From the NCBI GenBank assembly GCA_049608025.1, contig JBMYXC010000013.1: a stretch of 64,000 nt of DNA. The stretch is one strand, 5' to 3'. The stretch comes from Mycobacterium sp. GTDB lineage: Bacteria; Actinomycetota; Actinomycetes; Mycobacteriales; Mycobacteriaceae. The notes below the pieces were generated by a model. It was not told where the DNA came from. It did no database searches and saw only the letters and a list, made by a program, of their open reading frames with translations. Position numbers and translations under genes: made by a program. The stretch's first letter is position 1. Every line of letters begins with the position of its first letter. Positions 19,499 through 28,391 of this stretch are shown in pieces.

Positions 19499-20386
19499 AT
19501 GGCGACTTCAACAATGGCTGCTGACGGCACCCTCGTTGGATACGCGCGCTGCTCCCTGGATCCGCAGGACCTTGCTGCGCAGCAACAACGACTTCGCGAA
19601 CTGGGTGTCGCTGATGATCAAATCCATTTCGACCAGGGACTCACCGGCACCGACACAGAACGCCCGGGCCTGGATCAGGCGCTGGCCGCAGTGCGGAAAG
19701 GTGACACGCTGGTGTCGCCGAAGCTGGACCGGCTCGCCCGATCGGTACCCGATGCTTGCGCCATCGGCGAGGGACTTGCCAAGCGCGGCATCAGTTTGTC
19801 ACTGGGCGGACAGGTCTACGACCCAACCCAACCGGTGGGCAAGATGTTCTTCGACGTCCTGGATGCCGTCGCCGAATTCGAGGTCGACCTGCTCCGAACG
19901 CGCTCCCTGGAAGGTCTCAGCGGACTGACGACCATGACCGAGACGCGCGCACGCCTTGAGTTCGCGCTCAACAGCCCCCGGCGTCATGGACCTCACCTGG
20001 GCGTCTTGCTCTGCGGCATCGACGATTTCTGGACGATCGTCGAAACCTGGGGTGAGGCCTTCGGAAACGTCGTGCTCGCCACCCTGGCCATGAGGTTCCG
20101 GCAATGTGTGCGCCAAGGCGACACCGTTGGGCGCTTCGGCTGGGACGAAGCATTGGTGCTGCTTCCCGGCGTCCACAGCCTGGACAATGTCGCTCAGGTC
20201 GCGGAGAAGATTCGTGGCCGCGCCGAAGAGCCGATCCATCATGCGGGCGTGACGATTCACGCCACGTTGAGTATCGGTGTCACCCTGGCCGTTCCCGGCG
20301 AGTCGGTGGCGTCGCTGAAGACGCGGGCGGAGTCAGCGATGAATTCTGTCAAACAGGCCGGCGGGAATGCTTCCAGCTGCATCTGA
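19499..20386 (+). CDS. Serine recombinase (resolvase) catalytic domain fused to a degenerate GGDEF domain; no HTH
   Basis: Residues 13-139: VGYARCS, RPGL..AL..VR.GDTL..KLDRLARS, GKMFF.VL..VAEFE. Residues 140-295: LSGL, LLCGIDDF, RQGDTVGRFGWDEA, TLSIGV, AESAM..VKQAGGN. Confidence 0.85.
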   Translation: MATSTMAADGTLVGYARCSLDPQDLAAQQQRLRELGVADDQIHFDQGLTGTDTERPGLDQALAAVRKGDTLVSPKLDRLARSVPDACAIGEGLAKRGISLSLGGQVYDPTQPVGKMFFDVLDAVAEFEVDLLRTRSLEGLSGLTTMTETRARLEFALNSPRRHGPHLGVLLCGIDDFWTIVETWGEAFGNVVLATLAMRFRQCVRQGDTVGRFGWDEALVLLPGVHSLDNVAQVAEKIRGRAEEPIHHAGVTIHATLSIGVTLAVPGESVASLKTRAESAMNSVKQAGGNASSCI

Positions 20387-20422
20387 GCGATAAGCCGGGC
20401 AGCGATCACCGTCCGCCGTTGT

Positions 20423-20782
20423 TCAACTGCAGCAGTTGGGGTTCAACACCGCGTACAGGGCGCCGACTGCATCGGGGGCCGGTCGGTGGTAGACGTGCAT
20501 GCCGCGTCGATCGGAGTCGACGAAGCCGGCCCGACGCAGTTGTGCCACATGGTGACTCACGGTGGATTCGCTGAGTCCGAGCGCGGCCGCGAGGTCGCCG
20601 CTGTTCTCCGCGCCGGCCGAGGAACTGAACAGCAATGACATGATCTTCACCCTCGCCGGGTCGGCGAGTGCCTTGAGCCGCAGCGCCACCTCAAGCGCAT
20701 CGCCGTCGCTCATAGGTCCGGCGGCCAAGGGTGCACAGCACACCGGCGCGGAGATGTCGATGGTCGGCAAGGTCTTGGGCAC
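20423..20782 (-). CDS. ArsR/SmtB family regulator (Rv2640c-like)
   Basis: MPKTLPTIDISAPVCCAP, LKALADPARVKIMS, LSESTVSHH..QLRRAG.V...RRGM.V, C-terminal CC; -10 CAGAAT lies 6 nt before the GTG. Confidence 0.92.
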   Translation of the reverse strand: MPKTLPTIDISAPVCCAPLAAGPMSDGDALEVALRLKALADPARVKIMSLLFSSSAGAENSGDLAAALGLSESTVSHHVAQLRRAGFVDSDRRGMHVYHRPAPDAVGALYAVLNPNCCS

Positions 20783-20802
20783 GGCACCATTCTGCCACGG
20801 TG

Positions 20803-20861
20803 TTGACATATATCAAAAAGGTGGCATGGTGGCGGTAGCACGCCAATTCGATATAAGTCTC
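20803..20861. promoter_or_regulatory. Two putative ArsR operators between arsR and cadI
   Basis: Near-palindrome TTGACATATATCAA (20803-20816); TCGATATAAGTCTC (20848-20861) matches its reverse complement at 10 of 14 positions. Confidence 0.55.
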
Positions 20862-20879
20862 ACAGGTCCGGAGGTTCCC

Positions 20880-21329
20880 ATGTCCAGAGTTCAACTCGCC
20901 CTCAATGTCGACGATCTCGACCAGGCCATCACGTTCTACTCCAAGCTCTTCAACACCGCGCCCGCGAAGGTCAAGGACGGCTACGCCAACTTCGCGGTTG
21001 CCGAACCACCCCTCAAGCTGGTGCTCATCGAGAATCCGGGCAAGGGCGGCACCCTCAACCATCTCGGCGTCGAGGTAGCCAAAACAGAGACCGTGCATGC
21101 CGAGATCGACCGGCTGAGCGCCGCGGGCCTGTTCACCGAGGAGGAGATGAACACCACGTGTTGCTTCGCCACCCAGGACAAGGTGTGGGTCACCGGTCCG
21201 GCCGGTGAGAAGTGGGAGGTCTATACGGTGCTGACCGACTCCGACACCTTCGGTGCCAGCTCCGAACATGCCGAGGCGGGCGTGTGCTGTGGTGACACCG
21301 CCGCCGATACCGCGGACGCCTGCTGTTGA
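20880..21329 (+). CDS. cadI: ArsI/CadI family glyoxalase-fold metalloenzyme (Rv2641-like)
   Basis: MSRVQLALNVDDL..AI.FYSKLF, GYANFA, HLGVEV, TTCCFATQDKVWV..P.GE.WEVY. Confidence 0.92.
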   Translation: MSRVQLALNVDDLDQAITFYSKLFNTAPAKVKDGYANFAVAEPPLKLVLIENPGKGGTLNHLGVEVAKTETVHAEIDRLSAAGLFTEEEMNTTCCFATQDKVWVTGPAGEKWEVYTVLTDSDTFGASSEHAEAGVCCGDTAADTADACC

Positions 21330-21445
21330 GCTGTACCACCTGAGCTTCTCCGCCACCGAAACTGAACGTGGCAGCCGTGTATCGGGGGAGTTCCGAGGAT
21401 CTTCACTGACCGTGTGTCAGCTGCTCCAACAGTGCTCGGGCCGGC

Positions 21446-21580
21446 GTGGCAGACGCGACCGCACACGCCACGGAGCAGCCGCTCATCGCCGACCACGTCG
21501 AATGGACCGGCGACGCCGAGCGCAGCGACGAGGTAGAAACCATCAACTCCATCACCATCATTGAGATCTCACCGCGAAGT
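21446..21580 (+). pseudogene. Possible orphan gene fragment
   Basis: Stretch with strongly G/C-ending codons (ADHVEWTGDAERSDEVETINSITIIEISPR), but the frame drifts into the next gene and has no convincing RBS or promoter. Confidence 0.25.
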
Positions 21581-21646
21581 GGCGACCAGGGCGCCGCCGG
21601 CGGCCAGTCCGGGCAGATGCGCCACCGCCACCACCGGGTATCCCAT
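21569..21646 (-). CDS. Candidate 25-aa leaderless peptide MGYPVVAVAHLPGLAAGGALVATSR
   Basis: TAATAT -10 (minus strand, 21653-21658) lies 6 nt before the ATG; G/C-ending codons; TGA at 21571-21569. Confidence 0.3.
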   Translation of the reverse strand: MGYPVVAVAHLPGLAAGGALVATSR

Positions 21647-21675
21647 AGCGGCATATTATCTGACATACTATCCGC

Positions 21676-21921
21676 ATGTCATTATCGGGCGGAAAGACGA
21701 CAATCAAGGTCGAGAAGCGCCTACGCGACAGAATTTCGGCGGCGGCCTCCGAAGAGCACCAAACCGTCCAGGTTTTCCTTGACGGGCTTCTTGCCGAACG
21801 CGAGCGTCGCCGACGGCTGGCCAGCGTCGCCGACGCATACGGCAGTGCTGGCGCGGTCACGCTAGGGGACTGGCGTGACGAAACCCACGAATGGGAAAGC
21901 GTCGAGGACAACAACGAATGA
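21676..21921 (+). CDS. Putative antitoxin (81 aa), partner of the PemK/MazF toxin
   Basis: N-terminal TTIKV..RLRDRI (RHH-like), acidic C-terminus DWRDETHEWESVED; ATGA overlap with the toxin; -10 CATACT lies 6 nt before the ATG. Confidence 0.8.
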   Translation: MSLSGGKTTIKVEKRLRDRISAAASEEHQTVQVFLDGLLAERERRRRLASVADAYGSAGAVTLGDWRDETHEWESVEDNNE

Positions 21922-22286
21922 CCGTCGGACTCGAACCCGGCACGGTCATCTGGGTCAGCATGGACCCAACGATTGGACGCGAACAAGCTGGCCGGCGGCC
22001 CGCGGTCGTGGTCGCATCCTCGGGCTACCTGGCCGCGGTACCCGAACTGGTCATTGTCGTGCCAGCCACGACAACCGACCGCGGCTGGCCTCACCACGTA
22101 GCGCTGAGCGGCCCATCGCTTGAACTGGCCCACCAGAGCTACGCCATGACCGAACAACCCCGCACCATCAGCAGACGGCGAATCTTCAACACCACCGGCC
22201 AAGTGGATGACACCTGCCTAGCCGCCATTCGCCGCTGGCTCGACGACTTCCTCCAACTACCTGAACCCCCCCGCAGTCTCGACTGA
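21918..22286 (+). CDS. mazF: PemK/MazF family endoribonuclease toxin
   Basis: G.VIWVSMDPTIGREQAGRRPAVVV, VVPATT, AMTEQPRTIS.RRI. Confidence 0.92.
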   Translation: MTVGLEPGTVIWVSMDPTIGREQAGRRPAVVVASSGYLAAVPELVIVVPATTTDRGWPHHVALSGPSLELAHQSYAMTEQPRTISRRRIFNTTGQVDDTCLAAIRRWLDDFLQLPEPPRSLD

Positions 22287-22360
22287 CCAGCTGAGACCGA
22301 CCCTAGACGCACTACGCTAACGTCAGTAGCATGGTGCCAAATAGCGTTAGGGTGACGTGG

Positions 22361-22945
22361 ATGTCTGTAGAGCACGAGCTGGAGCAGCTGCTTCATGACC
22401 GCTTCGAGATCACGCCGGCCGACTTCGCCGCCGCGCTGAGGCATCTGCCCGCGTCGCGGCCCTGGGCTGCAACACTCACCGAAACCGAAGCCCACCTGCT
22501 CGACGGCGTCGACTTCCCCGAGGACCGCGACGCCTTCGTCGCGGCCGGCGCCGAGATCGCCGGGAATACCGCCCACCTCGCCGTCACCGCATTCACCGCC
22601 GAAGAGGTCGCCAACGGACTGGGCATCGGCGCCTCACGCGTGCGCCAGAAGCGCCTCGCCGGCGAACTGTGGGCCATCCCGGACGGGCAGACCTGGATCT
22701 TCCCCATCCTGCAGTTCGAGACCGGCGACAATGGTGTCCCCGCCCGTCAGGTCCGCGGTCTCGACCAGGTGCTCAAGGCCCTTCCCGGCAATCTGCATCC
22801 CATCGCAGTAGCCGGGTTCCTGCGCACCCCCCAACCCGATCTGTTCCACGATCGCCCGATGACCCCGATCGAGTGGCTGCGCGGCGGCGGCGACATCGAT
22901 CGCGCAGTTACCGCAGCTGCCGCCGTCGACTGGTACACCGCGTGA
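22361..22945 (+). CDS. Putative antitoxin with HTH and Xre/MbcA-like C-terminus
   Basis: FTAEEVANGLGIGASRVRQ (HTH); C-terminal FLRTPQPDL....TPIEWL..GG; GTGA overlap with the RES gene. An alternative ATG lies at 22331. Confidence 0.75.
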   Translation: MSVEHELEQLLHDRFEITPADFAAALRHLPASRPWAATLTETEAHLLDGVDFPEDRDAFVAAGAEIAGNTAHLAVTAFTAEEVANGLGIGASRVRQKRLAGELWAIPDGQTWIFPILQFETGDNGVPARQVRGLDQVLKALPGNLHPIAVAGFLRTPQPDLFHDRPMTPIEWLRGGGDIDRAVTAAAAVDWYTA

Positions 22946-23586
22946 CGGTACGGCTGCCAGGCCCGCCCTCGGTTGCCGACCTCACTGCGATCGGAATTCG
23001 CGCCGAGGAGTACCGCACTCTCCCCACCGAGGAACTGTGGTGGCGAGTCCACCGCACGACGGGGCCTCATGTGCTGGCATGGAACGGCTTCCGTGAACAC
23101 GGCCCGCACCTGCGCTTCGACCTACACCCGCCACCAGCGCGCATCCATCCGGGGGTGGGCGTCTGGTACGGAGCCTGTGGGCCGCTTGCGTGCTTGGCCG
23201 AAGCCTTCCAAGCCACGCGCACCATCGACCGGCACCGCGGTGACCCCTACCTCACCGCGGTGGGGTTCGGGCGAGACCTTCAGCTGCTCGACCTCGCCAC
23301 CGACAGTGCCGGCTCCTGGCCCACCCGAGCTGGCGGCACCTTCGCACTCTCGACCGGCCCCCACTCCATCACCCAGCGTTGGGCCCGTCGAATCACCGAG
23401 GCGTTCCCCGCCCTCGATGGTCTGCACTACAACAGCCGCTTCGCCGGCCAACCGTGCGTCGCACTGTTCACCCCGGCTACCACGGCGATGCCGCGCCGCC
23501 CTGCGCTCTCCCTACCGCTGTCCCACCCGGGCCTCGCGATCCGAATTGACACGGCGGCAGGACGTCTCGGCTTCCTCACGCTCTGA
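22942..23586 (+). CDS. RES domain protein (putative NAD+-consuming toxin)
   Basis: R-E-S residues in WWRVHR, LAEAF and GLHYNSR; RFD.HP and VWYGA motifs. Confidence 0.88.
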   Translation: MTVRLPGPPSVADLTAIGIRAEEYRTLPTEELWWRVHRTTGPHVLAWNGFREHGPHLRFDLHPPPARIHPGVGVWYGACGPLACLAEAFQATRTIDRHRGDPYLTAVGFGRDLQLLDLATDSAGSWPTRAGGTFALSTGPHSITQRWARRITEAFPALDGLHYNSRFAGQPCVALFTPATTAMPRRPALSLPLSHPGLAIRIDTAAGRLGFLTL

Positions 23587-23738
23587 CCGGGTCGATAAGC
23601 GGCCATCTCGTGCATCGTTACCGACATCGTGGTGCGCTCGACTCCCGGTACTACCAAGGCCAGTCCGGCGACGCGATACAGATCATCAGTATCGAGGCCT
23701 ACCGGGCCAGGCTCGACGAGTTGGGCGTTCGCCAACGC

Positions 23739-24515
23739 TTACGAGTTCGCCGTTGACCGTTCGCTCTGCCTCACCTGTTTGGTGACCCACTGGGCGGCGA
23801 GCTTGACCAGGCCGGACTGCGGATATCGGCTGTGGGCTTCGAGATCTTTTCCGGTCGAGCAGATTGGGTCATTGGTGTTGCACAAATCGGCGGTGCGCGG
23901 ACCGAAGTCGGGACTCAGGGAGGTCAGTGGCCGGCCCAGTCGGGCCGACGGGTTGCCGAAGACGGCGACCGCCGCGATGTGCGGGACAACCGCCGCGGGC
24001 AGGGGCTCGGTATAGCCGAGTCCCGCGATCGGTGAGGTGGTGACGACGTCGATGACGGCGGCGCCCTGGGAGTAGCCGCCCAGCACGATCTTGCTGTTCG
24101 GGCAGGTGGCAGCGATGGACTGAATGCGCTTGCTCGCGTCGTTGGCTCCGGTCGCCACCTGGGTGAAGTCCCACGAGGCCGGGTATTTCACCGCGTAGGC
24201 GCCAACCGACTGGCCCTTCATCATCGGCCTCAGGGTGTTGATCAGTGCTTTGCCGACAGCGCCGAGGCCAGCGGGCTCGGTGGTGCCCCGGGCGAACACC
24301 ACCTCGACGTCATTGCACTTAGGTATCGCGGCAGCGGTCGGCGCGCCCAGACCGGCGAGAGCCGTGAGGGCCAGCGCCGACAACGCGGCGGCGATCGCAA
24401 CGCGGATGCGTCGAACTGCGGCGGAAGTCGTTGGACTCCCGCGGTGGGTGCTGCTGATGGTCACCGCCTCCTCGATCCGAGCCTCTCGTGGCCTGGAGCC
24501 GCTGTTGAACCCCAT
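23739..24515 (-). CDS. Secreted cutinase-like protein
   Basis: Signal-like helix, C.DVEVVFARGT.EP, catalytic GYSQG, DPIC, H; conserved Cys residues. Confidence 0.93.
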   Translation of the reverse strand: MGFNSGSRPREARIEEAVTISSTHRGSPTTSAAVRRIRVAIAAALSALALTALAGLGAPTAAAIPKCNDVEVVFARGTTEPAGLGAVGKALINTLRPMMKGQSVGAYAVKYPASWDFTQVATGANDASKRIQSIAATCPNSKIVLGGYSQGAAVIDVVTTSPIAGLGYTEPLPAAVVPHIAAVAVFGNPSARLGRPLTSLSPDFGPRTADLCNTNDPICSTGKDLEAHSRYPQSGLVKLAAQWVTKQVRQSERSTANS

Positions 24516-24639
24516 CCGTCATTCTGTACCCATTTGTCACTGTTGTCACTGTGGCAACAGTCTCATCAGGGCGGCTGCGCAGCGGATCTAGCGGCGCGAG
24601 CACGAACGCCACCTGCGCCGACCCGCACCGTGCCGGTCG

Positions 24640-25290
24640 TCACTCCACCGAGTGACAGCGAGTTTGGTCCAGCTTGGAAATGAACACCGCCGCTTGGGTG
24701 CGGCGTTCCATTCCGAGCTTCGCCAGCAGCCTCGAGACATAGTTCTTGACGGTTTTCTCGGCCAGAAACATTCGTTCCGAGATTTGTTTGTTGGTCAGGC
24801 CCTCGCCGAGGAGGTCCAGCAAGACCCGTTCCTGATCGCTGAGTCCCGACAGCGGATCAGAATGGTCGGCGTCGTGGCGCAGCTTGGCCATCAGGGCTGC
24901 CGCCGCCCGGTTGTCGAGCAATGATCGGCCGGCCCCGACATCCTTGATCGCTGCGGCGAGCTCCATGCCTTTGATGTCCTTGATCACGTAGCCGCTGGCG
25001 CCGGCCAGGATGGCGTCGAGCATCGCTTCGTCAGAGGTGAACGAGGTCAGCATGAGGCAACGCAGATCGGGAAGCATGGACAGGAGATCTCTGCACAGTT
25101 CGATTCCGTTGCCGTCGGGCAGGCGAACATCCAGAACTGCGACGTCGGGTTGAAGTGCTGGAATTCGCGCCAGCGCCTGTGACACTGATCCCGCCTCGCC
25201 GACGACTTCGAGCTCGGGGTCGGCGCCCAGGAGGTCGATCAGCCCCCGTCGAACCACCTCATGGTCATCGACGAGAAAAACTTTCACCAC
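24640..25290 (-). CDS. devR: Dormancy response regulator DosR/DevR
   Basis: [35 protein letters not shown] (phospho-Asp), Lux[42 protein letters not shown]. No cognate kinase in the window. Confidence 0.93.
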   Translation of the reverse strand: MVKVFLVDDHEVVRRGLIDLLGADPELEVVGEAGSVSQALARIPALQPDVAVLDVRLPDGNGIELCRDLLSMLPDLRCLMLTSFTSDEAMLDAILAGASGYVIKDIKGMELAAAIKDVGAGRSLLDNRAAAALMAKLRHDADHSDPLSGLSDQERVLLDLLGEGLTNKQISERMFLAEKTVKNYVSRLLAKLGMERRTQAAVFISKLDQTRCHSVE

Positions 25291-25307
25291 GAGATCGCCT
25301 CCACTAG

Positions 25308-25329
25308 AGGGTGGGTAAGTACCTACCCT
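25308..25329. promoter_or_regulatory. 22-bp inverted repeat upstream of dosR
   Basis: AGGGTGGGTA-AG-TACCTACCCT: 10-bp arms, one mismatch. Confidence 0.5.
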
Positions 25330-25383
25330 ACGTTCCGTGCCGGCGGCACTGTCCCACCGGCTGCTGCCGTCGGGTCCGGGCCA

Positions 25384-25397
25384 GGGCCAATGGTCCT
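25384..25397. promoter_or_regulatory. DosR box
   Basis: GGG CC AATG GT CCT against consensus GGG AC TWWA GT CCC. Confidence 0.65.
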
Positions 25398-25454
25398 CGG
25401 CGTGGGGGCCTAGTGCTCTGGCGGCGCCGGTGCCGGTGGTAGACCTTTGAGGTC

Positions 25455-26957
25455 ATGGACGGCACGTCGTCGCACCCGGGCGGGCAGCAACAACCCAGGT
25501 CCGCCGCGGGTGACATGGCCGCGCAGGTGCGGGAGACGCACACCGGCATCGTCGTGCTGCTCGGGGACCGGGCCTACAAAGCCAAGAAGTCGGTGGTCAC
25601 CGACTTCCTGGATTTCAGCACGACTGCTCAGCGGGAGCGCGCTTGCCAACATGAAATCACCCTGAACAAGCGCCTCGCCCCAGACAGCTATCTCGGGGTG
25701 GCCTACTTTTCAGATCCAGCGGGCGGTCCCGCCGAACCTGTGATTGTGATGCGCCGCTATGCGGATGCCACTCGCCTCGCATCCCTGGTCAAGGGTGGCC
25801 AACCGGTCGAGAAACACCTGCTCTCCATTGCCCGTGTGCTGGCGGGCTTTCATGGCGTCGCAGAGCGGGGAACGGCAATCGACGCCCAGGCCGGCGTCGA
25901 TGCCGTGTGGGCGCGGTGGCGGCAAAACCTTCACGAACTAGAGAAATACGCCGACGACGTGGTGCCACGTGACGTGCTGAGTGAAGTGGGGCGCACAGCC
26001 GCGCAGTTCGTTGCCGGGCGTCAGGCGCTGTTCACCCAACGCATCGCTGAACGTCGCATCGTCGATGGGCACGCCGACCTGTTGGCCGACGACATCTTCT
26101 GCCTCCCGGAGGGGCCCGCGCTGCTCGACTGCCTGGAGTTCGACGATCAGCTTCGGTATGTCGACGGTATCGACGATGCCGCATTCCTGGCGATGGACCT
26201 GGAATTTCTCGGCAGGAGAGACCTCGCCGACTACTTCGTCGATCAATACACGAAGTGCGGCGATGATCCGGCACCGCGATCGCTGGTGGACTTCTACATT
26301 GCCTACCGGGCGGTGGTGCGCGGCAAGGTGGACTGCGTGCGCGTCTCGCAAGGCCACCCCGAAGCTGCTGCCGACGCACGACGACACTTCGATCTTGCTC
26401 TCGGGCACCTCAGGGCCGGCACGGTGCGGCTGATCATCGTGGGGGGTGGGCCCGGCACCGGAAAGACCACTCTGTCAACAGCGTTGGCCCGACCGTTGGG
26501 AGCCCGCGTGATCTCGACCGACGAGGTGCGCCGACACTTACAGGATGCCGGCTCGGTGTCCGGGGTCGCCGGCGAGCTCAACGCTGGGCTGTACTCGCCG
26601 AGAAACGTCGCCATCGTGTATGACGAGGTGTTGCGACAGGCCGGAGACTGGCTGAGTCGCGGACAGTCGGTGATCCTGGATGGCACGTGGAGGGATTCAG
26701 AGCAACGCGCCAAGGCCGAAGAACTCTGTGGTGAGATCTCGGTGCCGATCGTCGAGTTCAACTGCTCTGTGCCGATTGCCGAGGCGTCGGCCAGAATCCA
26801 GCGCAGACAGCGGTCCTATTCGGACGCGACACCGGACATCGCCGCTGCCCTTGCCGCCGACGGCGGCGACGGGCGCGAAGCCCATGATCTCGATACCGGC
26901 AGGCCACTGGTCGAGGTCGTCAAGCAGGCTCAAGAAATTTGTTGGGGGACAGTCTGA
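25455..26957 (+). CDS. Aminoglycoside-phosphotransferase-like plus P-loop kinase protein (Rv2004c-like)
   Basis: ETHTG, AYKAKK, LDFST, GHADL..DDIF, LDCLEFD..LR.VD, then Walker [10 protein letters not shown] and VILDGTW. Confidence 0.9.
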   Translation: MDGTSSHPGGQQQPRSAAGDMAAQVRETHTGIVVLLGDRAYKAKKSVVTDFLDFSTTAQRERACQHEITLNKRLAPDSYLGVAYFSDPAGGPAEPVIVMRRYADATRLASLVKGGQPVEKHLLSIARVLAGFHGVAERGTAIDAQAGVDAVWARWRQNLHELEKYADDVVPRDVLSEVGRTAAQFVAGRQALFTQRIAERRIVDGHADLLADDIFCLPEGPALLDCLEFDDQLRYVDGIDDAAFLAMDLEFLGRRDLADYFVDQYTKCGDDPAPRSLVDFYIAYRAVVRGKVDCVRVSQGHPEAAADARRHFDLALGHLRAGTVRLIIVGGGPGTGKTTLSTALARPLGARVISTDEVRRHLQDAGSVSGVAGELNAGLYSPRNVAIVYDEVLRQAGDWLSRGQSVILDGTWRDSEQRAKAEELCGEISVPIVEFNCSVPIAEASARIQRRQRSYSDATPDIAAALAADGGDGREAHDLDTGRPLVEVVKQAQEICWGTV

Positions 26958-27880
26958 TCCGCGCCAGCGTGGACCCGCGTCCCCGCCGTGCCGTCGACGA
27001 TTTCGGTGATGTCGGCGAGGGCTCCGATGACGGCTTCGTTTCCGGTGTTGCGGGTGAAGTCGCAGGCGGCTTGACCTTTCGGGCCCATCGACCCCGCGGG
27101 GAGGTCCAGACCGGCCAACTCGTCGGGAGTGACTCGGCCCAGGCGGACCTGCTGGGGGGTGCCCCAGTCGACGTAGACACCGTCGACGTCGGTGGCGATG
27201 ACCAGCAGGTCGGCGTCAAGTTGCTCGGCCAGCAGGGCCGATGCGAGGTCCTTGTCGATGACCGCCTCGACGCCGCGCAGGTCGCCGTGTTCGCCCCACA
27301 GCGTGGGGATTCCGCCTCCGCCGGCGCAGATCACGATCACACCCTGTTCGACCAAGCTGCGGATTGGCCGAATTTCGAACACCCGCTTGGGCTTTGGGCT
27401 AGCGACAACCCGCCGAAAATTGTCACCGTCGGGTGCGATGGTCCAGCCGCTCTGTGTCTTGAGGCGTTCTGCGGTTTCCCGGTCATAGACCGGTCCGATG
27501 GGTTTGGTGGGGTGGTCGAACGCAGGGTCGGTGCGGTCGACTTCGATCATCGTCAGCAGGGTGGCCAGCGGCTGGTCGGCCGGCAGCAGATTGCCCAGTT
27601 CCTGCTCGATGACGTAGCCGATCATCGCGTCGGTCTGGGCGCCGAGCACGTCCAGGGGGTAGGGATCTACCCCTTCAGCCAGGTCGTGGTAGGCGGCCGA
27701 CTGCAGCGCCAGCAGACCCACCTGGGGGCCGTTGCCATGCGCGATGACGATCTCGTTGCCGGGGGTGATGGCGGCGATGCACTCGGCCGCGACCCGGATG
27801 TTCGCCCGCTGATTGTCTGCGGTCATGGGCTGACCTCGACGCAACAGCGCGTTTCCCCCGAGTGCGATCACGATTCTCAT
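26930..27880 (-). CDS. arcC: Carbamate kinase
   Basis: [80 protein letters not shown]. Confidence 0.95.
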   Translation of the reverse strand: MRIVIALGGNALLRRGQPMTADNQRANIRVAAECIAAITPGNEIVIAHGNGPQVGLLALQSAAYHDLAEGVDPYPLDVLGAQTDAMIGYVIEQELGNLLPADQPLATLLTMIEVDRTDPAFDHPTKPIGPVYDRETAERLKTQSGWTIAPDGDNFRRVVASPKPKRVFEIRPIRSLVEQGVIVICAGGGGIPTLWGEHGDLRGVEAVIDKDLASALLAEQLDADLLVIATDVDGVYVDWGTPQQVRLGRVTPDELAGLDLPAGSMGPKGQAACDFTRNTGNEAVIGALADITEIVDGTAGTRVHAGADQTVPQQIS

Positions 27881-27925
27881 GGCGGTCAGCCGCTCGCAGA
27901 GATCAGTAAGTCCGGCGCGTCATGA

Positions 27926-28276
27926 CTACGAACCGTTCTGTCTTGTGGCGGTTTTCGCGACGGTGAGCAGGATCGCCGAGGTTTCCAGGGCTTCGAGCGA
28001 GTGGCGCGCATCCGGCACGCTGATGAGATCGCCGGCCGAGCCTTCCCAGCTGTCGCTGCCTGCGATCAGCCGAACGCGTCCGCGCAGAACGTGCACCGTC
28101 GCTTCGCCGGGGTTCTCGTGTTCGTCGAGCCTCTGGCCGGCCACCAACGCGATCACGGTTTGACGCAGTACGTGTTCGTGACCTCCGTACACCGTGTGCG
28201 CGCCACGTCCGCTGGATGCACGTTCAGCGCCTGCCACCTGCTCGCGAGCCAGTGCCGTCAGCGAGATCTTGTTCAT
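27926..28276 (-). CDS. Small cupin-domain protein
   Basis: L.EHENPGEATVHVL.GRV.L and GDLI.VPDARHSL.A cupin motifs. Confidence 0.85.
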   Translation of the reverse strand: MNKISLTALAREQVAGAERASSGRGAHTVYGGHEHVLRQTVIALVAGQRLDEHENPGEATVHVLRGRVRLIAGSDSWEGSAGDLISVPDARHSLEALETSAILLTVAKTATRQNGS

Positions 28277-28391
28277 CGAAACTCCTTCGTCATACTCGGT
28301 GCATGTCCAGCGTCAGCAACGTTACGCCGCTCCGCCGGCCCCGCCCCAGCAGTGACCCGGGCTGAAGAAACCGCCCAGGATTTCCCGGTCA

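Noticed and set aside
19416-20422. Invertible segment or res site flanking the resolvase fusion
   Set aside because: I could not see inverted repeats or multi-subsite res structure in the short flanks, nor transposase genes or target duplications; a computational repeat search is needed.
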